Source of the DNA: an uncultured beta proteobacterium
GTDB taxonomy: Bacteria; Pseudomonadota; Gammaproteobacteria; Burkholderiales; SG8-39
Assembly (NCBI GenBank): GCA_963844255.1
Contig: CAWJNP010000025.1
Coordinates: 7,064 to 71,063, forward strand
Direction: 5' to 3'
DNA: 64,000 nucleotides
Positions 58,769-64,000 of this stretch are shown here, piece by piece. The position numbers were made by a program, and so were the translations under genes. The notes beneath the pieces are model-generated. The model did not search any database, had not been told where the DNA came from, and saw nothing but the letters and a program-made list of their open reading frames with translations. Numbering within the stretch: position 1 is the first letter of the stretch; each line of letters begins with the position of its first letter.

Positions 58769-60370
58769 ATGATCACGCGCGGTGCCATCATCAAGGCGCT
58801 TGCCGATGAGAAGTCCGCGGCGCATCCGGAAAGCAAGACCATGGGCCAGTCGGTCAAGCCCTTCGTGGCCGCCGCCGCGGTGGTCGCGACCGGAACGCTT
58901 CTGGTTGTTGCGATTTTCTTTACCCTGCTCGACCTGCAGTGGGTCGCCTTCCTGACCGGCGTGATGTTTGCTGCCATTCTCGCCATGGTCACCCAGGCCA
59001 CGCTCGCAGAGCGCAAGGCGGCGAGTCGCGGCGAGCGACTCGGGATGGTTGAATACCAACTCGAGAAGGAAACGGCCGAGCGCGAAAGGCTGGAGGCCAT
59101 GCTCGCGGCGGCGAATTCCAGACTGCAGTATTTCGATACCTCGTCGCCCGTGATGCTCGCGTTCGTGGACGCGACCACCCGCTACGCCTACCACAATCAC
59201 GCGTTGCGGCACTGGCTCGGCCTGGCGGCAGCAAACATCGACGGCCACCACATGCGCGACGTCCTGGGCCGGAAGGTATTCGCCGAAGTCGAGCCCTATG
59301 TGATGCAGGTGACGGACGGCCATATGGTGCGCTACGAAAGAACCCACAAGGCGCTGGACGGCAGCCTGTACCAGATGGCGGTGCAGTTTCTTCCAAGATA
59401 CAGCCACGATGGTGAGTACGCGGGCTTCTTTGTTGTGATGACCGGCGTTTCCGCGGTGGCTGACCCCGGCACGGCACCCGCGGGAGCGGACGAGCCGCCG
59501 CAAACCGGTGGCGCCCGCACGGCCTTGCCGGTCGCAGGCTCGGCAGCGGATACCGTGCTCTCGCGACAATCGGCTGCCGCGATTGCAAGCGCATGGGAAG
59601 AGGCCACGCGGCGCATCCTGGCCGCAATCAACGGCAACGAGTTCACGCTTTTCTGCCAGAGCATCAGGCCACTCGCGAACATCAACACCGTCGCGGATCA
59701 TTACGAGATCCTCATCCGCCTGCTCGAAGAGGAAAGCAGCATGATCCCCCCGGGCGCATTTTTCCCGCTCGCCGAGGAACACGGCCTGCTGCCCCAGTTG
59801 GATCGCTGGGTGTTCTCGCATGTGCTCGAATGGATCGCCACCCCGACGGGCGCGGAAACCGCACGCAGCGGCTCGATCTACTTCATCAAGGTCGAGGCCG
59901 CGACGATCAGCGATCCCGACTTCCCGGACTTCATCGCGCACGAACTGCAACGCACCGGCGTGCCCGCGGCTTCGGTCTGTTTCCAGATCGACGAACCCGT
60001 GCTGATGACGCACCAGGGCGATGCGGTACATTTTGCGCGGACGGTAAAGGAATCAGGCTGTCGCGTGGCGATCAGCGGCTTCGGCCGGGACCGCGGGTCG
60101 GTCGCTGCGCTGAAGCTGTTCCCGGTCGACTTCCTCAAGATCGACGGCAGCATCGTGCGTCAGATGGCGACCTATCCGGCATTGCACGCGAAAGCCGTCG
60201 CGCTCAGTCGCCTGGCCAATACGATCGGGGTACCGCTCGTCGCGGAAATGGTCGAAGACGACGCCACGCTTGCGATGTTGCGCGAAATGAAGGTCGATTT
60301 CGCGCAGGGGTTCGGCATTTCCCGGCCGAAGCAGCTGATCGAACTGCAGGGACGGGTAGGACCGCGCTAG
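58769..60370 (+). CDS. TM-PAS-EAL domain protein (c-di-GMP phosphodiesterase-like, partly degenerate)
   Basis: 2 TM, coiled coil, PAS; Q.I, YEILIRL, LDRWV, DFLKIDG, VAEMVE, AQGF. Confidence 0.85.
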   Translation: MITRGAIIKALADEKSAAHPESKTMGQSVKPFVAAAAVVATGTLLVVAIFFTLLDLQWVAFLTGVMFAAILAMVTQATLAERKAASRGERLGMVEYQLEKETAERERLEAMLAAANSRLQYFDTSSPVMLAFVDATTRYAYHNHALRHWLGLAAANIDGHHMRDVLGRKVFAEVEPYVMQVTDGHMVRYERTHKALDGSLYQMAVQFLPRYSHDGEYAGFFVVMTGVSAVADPGTAPAGADEPPQTGGARTALPVAGSAADTVLSRQSAAAIASAWEEATRRILAAINGNEFTLFCQSIRPLANINTVADHYEILIRLLEEESSMIPPGAFFPLAEEHGLLPQLDRWVFSHVLEWIATPTGAETARSGSIYFIKVEAATISDPDFPDFIAHELQRTGVPAASVCFQIDEPVLMTHQGDAVHFARTVKESGCRVAISGFGRDRGSVAALKLFPVDFLKIDGSIVRQMATYPALHAKAVALSRLANTIGVPLVAEMVEDDATLAMLREMKVDFAQGFGISRPKQLIELQGRVGPR

Positions 60371-60383
60371 CGCCCGGGCAACC

Positions 60384-62012
60384 TCAGATCTCCTCGGGCA
60401 CCATCTTGATCGCGCCGCAGGGACACTCCGCTGCACACAGGCCGCAACCCTTGCAGTAGTCGTAGTTGAACTCGAAGCGCTTGCCGGGCCCGAGCTTGAT
60501 CACTGCGTTGTCCGGACAGACGCCGTAGCAGTTGTCGCATTCGAAGCAGTTGCCGCACGACAGACACCGGCGCGCCTCGAACAGCGCGTTGTTTTCATCG
60601 AGCCCCCCCTGCACTTCATCGAAGGTCGACTGCCGGCGCAGGACGTCGAGCACCGGCTGGACGCTCTTGGGCGCGTCCGAGTAGTACCAGGGGTTGATCG
60701 CCTCGAAGCTCGCAGGCTCGGCTGCTGCCTGCCTTGATATACGGCGCCCGCCCTTCAGCCAGGCGTCGATATGCCGCGCGGCCTTCTTGCCGTGGCCGAC
60801 CGCCACCGTGACCGTGCGCTCCGAGGGCACCATGTCGCCGCCGGCGAACAGGCCCGGGTAGCCGGTCATCATGTTCGGCCCGACCTTCACCACGCCATCG
60901 GCGACTTCGAGTCCCGGCACACCTTCGAGCAGGCTGAGATCCACATCCTGGCCGAGCGCCAGCACCAGCGAATCGGCCTCGAGGGTTTCGAATTCGCCGG
61001 TCGGCTGCGGGAACCCCGTGTCGTCGAGTTGCATCTTCTCCACGGTGAGCGCGCCCTCGCCCGCCTCCTTGATGGTCGACAGCCATTTCACCAGCACGCC
61101 TTCCTGTAGCGCCTCCTCGAGTTCGGAATCGTGCGCCGGCATCCGGTCGCGGGTGCGGCGATAGACCACGATCGCCTCCTCGGCGCCGAGCCGCTTGGCG
61201 GTGCGTGCCACGTCGAACGCCGTATTGCCGCCGCCATACACCACCACGCGGCGGCCGAGCATCGGCTTTTCCTCACCCTCCATCGACCGCAGCACGGAGA
61301 CGGCATCCAGTATCCGCGTCGAGGAGCCGGCCGGTATGTGCGCGCGCTTGCCGATGTGTGCACCGACGGCCAGGAAGGCCGCATCGAAGCCGCCCACTTT
61401 CATCGTCGCGCGTATGTCGGCGATTTTCGTGTTCAGACGCAGTTCGACACCGAGTGCCAGGATGCGCGCGATCTCGGCGTCAAGCACATCGCGCGGCAGC
61501 CGGTACTTCGGGATTCCGAAGCGCATCATGCCCCCGGCGACCGGACCGGCTTCGTGGATTTCAACGCGATGACCGGTCCGCGCCAGGTGGTAGGCAGCCG
61601 AGAGCCCCGAGGGCCCCGCCCCGACGATCAGCACCTTCCTGCCGTCGAGCGCACGCGGTGCGAATTTCCATCCCTGCCGGATCGCCTCGTCCCCGAGGAA
61701 GCGCTCGACCGAATTGATTCCCACCGCAGTATCGAGTTGAGCGCGATTGCAGGACGTCTCGCAAGGGTGGTAGCACACACGGCCCATCACGGCCGGCAGC
61801 GGATTGTCTTCGACCAGGACCCGCCACGCGGCTTCGTAGTTTCCGGTCTCGGCCTGTGCGAGCCAGCCCTGGATGTTCTCCCCTGCGGGACAGGCATGGT
61901 TGCACGGCGGCAGGCGATCGACATAGACCGGCCGCTCGGTGCGCCAGGTACCGGTGTGGTTGGCAAGGCTGGAGCCGGGATCAAGCGTGATCGCGAAGGG
62001 CTTGCGCATCAT
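60384..62012 (-). CDS. GltD-like FAD/NAD(P)-binding Fe-S oxidoreductase with a C-terminal 2x[4Fe-4S] (Por-delta-like) domain
   Basis: PC.HACP, GRVCYHPCE..C, GAGPSG, GGGNTA.D, CFECDNCYGVCP, CKGCGLCAAECP. Confidence 0.9.
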   Translation of the reverse strand: MMRKPFAITLDPGSSLANHTGTWRTERPVYVDRLPPCNHACPAGENIQGWLAQAETGNYEAAWRVLVEDNPLPAVMGRVCYHPCETSCNRAQLDTAVGINSVERFLGDEAIRQGWKFAPRALDGRKVLIVGAGPSGLSAAYHLARTGHRVEIHEAGPVAGGMMRFGIPKYRLPRDVLDAEIARILALGVELRLNTKIADIRATMKVGGFDAAFLAVGAHIGKRAHIPAGSSTRILDAVSVLRSMEGEEKPMLGRRVVVYGGGNTAFDVARTAKRLGAEEAIVVYRRTRDRMPAHDSELEEALQEGVLVKWLSTIKEAGEGALTVEKMQLDDTGFPQPTGEFETLEADSLVLALGQDVDLSLLEGVPGLEVADGVVKVGPNMMTGYPGLFAGGDMVPSERTVTVAVGHGKKAARHIDAWLKGGRRISRQAAAEPASFEAINPWYYSDAPKSVQPVLDVLRRQSTFDEVQGGLDENNALFEARRCLSCGNCFECDNCYGVCPDNAVIKLGPGKRFEFNYDYCKGCGLCAAECPCGAIKMVPEEI

Positions 62013-63007
62013 GCGACTCCCGTCTCGAGACCGAACTTGCGGACATTGCGGTCGGCGATCGCCTGCAGCGCCGCGATGACCTCAACGCGCGGCTGCTTGC
62101 CGAACAGGTGCGCAAAGCGGCGTTGCGGGCGCAGATACTCCTCGACCGGCACCTTGCGGCGGATCGGTGACACGCGTGTCACTTCACCGTATTCCGCCTC
62201 GAACACCGGGAACAGCCCGGTTTCCTTGGCGAGGCGTGCCATGCGGATGGTGTCGTTGGAGGCATGCCCCCAGCCGAGCGGGCACGGCACGAGGATGTGC
62301 AGGTAACGCGCGCCACGAAATTCCATCGCGCGCCTTACCTTGGCCTCAAGATCATGCAGTTCAGCCACTGTCGCGGTCGCAACGTAGGGGATCCCGTGCG
62401 CCATTGCGATCGCCGGCATGTTCTTGCCCTGCCCGAAGGGGTTGCCGGGTGCGCTGCCGACCGCCATCGTGGTGGCCGTGCGCGCTGCGGGCGGCGTGGC
62501 CGAAGAGCGCTGCACACCGGTGTTCATGTAGGCCTCGTTGTCGTAGCAGATGTAGAGCACGTCGTCGTTGCGCTCGAACATGCCCGACAGGCATCCGAAA
62601 CCAATGTCGGTGGTCCCGCCGTCACCGCCCTGCGCGATGACGCGCACTTCGCTGCGGCCCTTGACCTTGAGCGCAGCGGCGATTCCGGTCGCAACCGCCG
62701 CTGCGTTTCCGAACAGCGAATGTATCCACGGCACCTGCCACGAGGTCTCCGGGTACGGCGTGGAAAACACCTCGAGACAGCCGGTCGCATTGGCCGCGAC
62801 CAGCTGGTTGTCGGTTGCGTTCATCGCAGCGTCGATCGCGTAGCGCGCACCCAGCGCTTCGCCGCAACCCTGGCAGGCGCGATGACCGGAGTTGAGCGAA
62901 TTGGTGCGACGGGTATTGGCCTGCACCGTCCGGACGTCCGCAGGCAGCAGGCGATTGCCCACCGTGAAGGTTCCGGTCTGGTAGAACTTGACGGGCTGGA
63001 ATGACAT
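62009..63007 (-). CDS. porB: 2-oxoacid:ferredoxin oxidoreductase beta subunit (TPP-binding)
   Basis: GHRACQGCG, ATGCLEV, GGDGG, YDNEAYMNTG.QRS, PCPLGW. Confidence 0.9.
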   Translation of the reverse strand: MSFQPVKFYQTGTFTVGNRLLPADVRTVQANTRRTNSLNSGHRACQGCGEALGARYAIDAAMNATDNQLVAANATGCLEVFSTPYPETSWQVPWIHSLFGNAAAVATGIAAALKVKGRSEVRVIAQGGDGGTTDIGFGCLSGMFERNDDVLYICYDNEAYMNTGVQRSSATPPAARTATTMAVGSAPGNPFGQGKNMPAIAMAHGIPYVATATVAELHDLEAKVRRAMEFRGARYLHILVPCPLGWGHASNDTIRMARLAKETGLFPVFEAEYGEVTRVSPIRRKVPVEEYLRPQRRFAHLFGKQPRVEVIAALQAIADRNVRKFGLETGVA

Positions 63008-63017
63008 GGCGCTCTCC

Positions 63018-64000
63018 TCAGCCTGGGCGCGAAGCGACGCTGCCGACTTCGCGCAATACGTTTTCGGCCAGCGGTCCGCTGCGCCGCGTTTCCTTTTCCC
63101 GTTCCAGCACCCGGGAGACCACGGCGTGGTCAAGGTCGAGGAACGTGGTGAGTTCCAGCCGGTCCTGCATCGCCTCGGTGAGCATGCGCGCGAGCGACAC
63201 CTTGGTGATCGCCCGCCCGCCAAGACCGGCAATGACGTCGTAAACCGGCACTGCGCGGCCGGTCAGTGTCGTGCGCACATTGGTGGAAACGATGCCACCC
63301 ACGCCGACCGCCAGACTTTTTTCGAGCACCACAACCCGTTTCGAACCGGCCAGGGCCGCACGAACGGCCTCCGTGGGCCAGGGCCGAAAACAGCTGACGC
63401 CGAGCACGCCGATCCGTGCGCCCGCTTCGCGCAGCTCGTCGATCGTGTCCTTCAGCGTGCCAAGCACCGAGCCCAGCGCAATCACCACGGTCTCGGCATC
63501 CTCGGTGCGGTAGGGCCGCACGAGCCCGCCCGCCTCGCGGCCGAATGCGGTGCGAAATTCCGCCGCCCATCCTGGAATGAGTTCCAGCGCCTGCATCTGC
63601 TTGTAGTGCGCCAGATAGCGCACTTCGGTAAACGCTTCCGGCCCGACCATTGCGCCGATGGACACCGGCTCACGCGGGTCGAGCACCTGGCGCGGCTCGA
63701 AGGCCGGCAGATAGGCATCGACCTGCGCCTGGGTCGGGATGTCGACCCGCTCGTAGGCGTGCGTGAGGATGAAACCATCCATGCAGACCATCACCGGCAG
63801 CGACAGGGTTTCGGCCAGCCGGAACGCCTGGATGTGCAGGTCCAGTGCCTCCTGGTTGGTTTCGGCGAACAGCTGTATCCATCCGCAGTCGCGCTGCGAC
63901 ATCGCGTCGGTATGGTCGTTCCAGATGTTGATCGGCGCACCGATCGCGCGGTTTGCCACCGTCATCACGATCGGCAGGCCCAGACCCGAGGCATTGAACA
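63018..64000 (-). CDS. porA: 2-oxoacid:ferredoxin oxidoreductase alpha subunit (5' end outside window)
   Basis: SGLGLPIVM..ANRA.GAPINIWNDH.D, DGFILTH, FRPWP, AGLGGR. Confidence 0.9.
   Translation of the reverse strand, partial: FNASGLGLPIVMTVANRAIGAPINIWNDHTDAMSQRDCGWIQLFAETNQEALDLHIQAFRLAETLSLPVMVCMDGFILTHAYERVDIPTQAQVDAYLPAFEPRQVLDPREPVSIGAMVGPEAFTEVRYLAHYKQMQALELIPGWAAEFRTAFGREAGGLVRPYRTEDAETVVIALGSVLGTLKDTIDELREAGARIGVLGVSCFRPWPTEAVRAALAGSKRVVVLEKSLAVGVGGIVSTNVRTTLTGRAVPVYDVIAGLGGRAITKVSLARMLTEAMQDRLELTTFLDLDHAVVSRVLEREKETRRSGPLAENVLREVGSVASRPG

Noticed and set aside
58691-58771. 24-codon ORF ending in TGA in frame with the EAL gene
   Set aside because: No recognisable motif, RBS or SECIS; most likely chance, though a nonsense error or leader peptide cannot be excluded

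Overview
GC-rich (roughly two-thirds G+C by eye) chromosomal segment, most consistent with a betaproteobacterium, probably from a metagenome or long-read consensus. It carries about 65 genes: hpnCDE, radA-alr-LysR, lplT, lemA/TPM, udg-rimI-tsaB and many catabolic enzymes. It also has an exported thiol/sulfur-transfer operon (TlpA, DsrE, tandem rhodanese), a PadB-like molybdoenzyme with a fused PadC-PadD partner, and a RipB/CaiB/CitE/PrpD C5-dicarboxylate-type cluster. Further on are an acid-sugar-type operon, a Fur-boxed cupredoxin-FTR1-barrel iron uptake operon, and a 2-oxoacid:acceptor oxidoreductase operon cut by the window end. The strongest hidden signal is a GrdB/PrdB-like gene that the ORF track splits in two at an in-frame UGA. 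The UGA sits in a U-P-V-C motif and is followed by a SECIS-like hairpin, which points to a stand-alone selenoprotein with no other Grd/Prd subunits in view. Other signals are a ~53-bp intergenic repeat with a TGTATCG-N4-CGATACA palindrome (3 copies), hairpin repeats inserted in frame in the UDG gene, and nine frameshifts. All nine are +1 insertions and look like consensus artefacts rather than pseudogenes. I saw no rRNA, tRNA, CRISPR array, integrase or transposase. All product calls come from motif recognition, not database searches.
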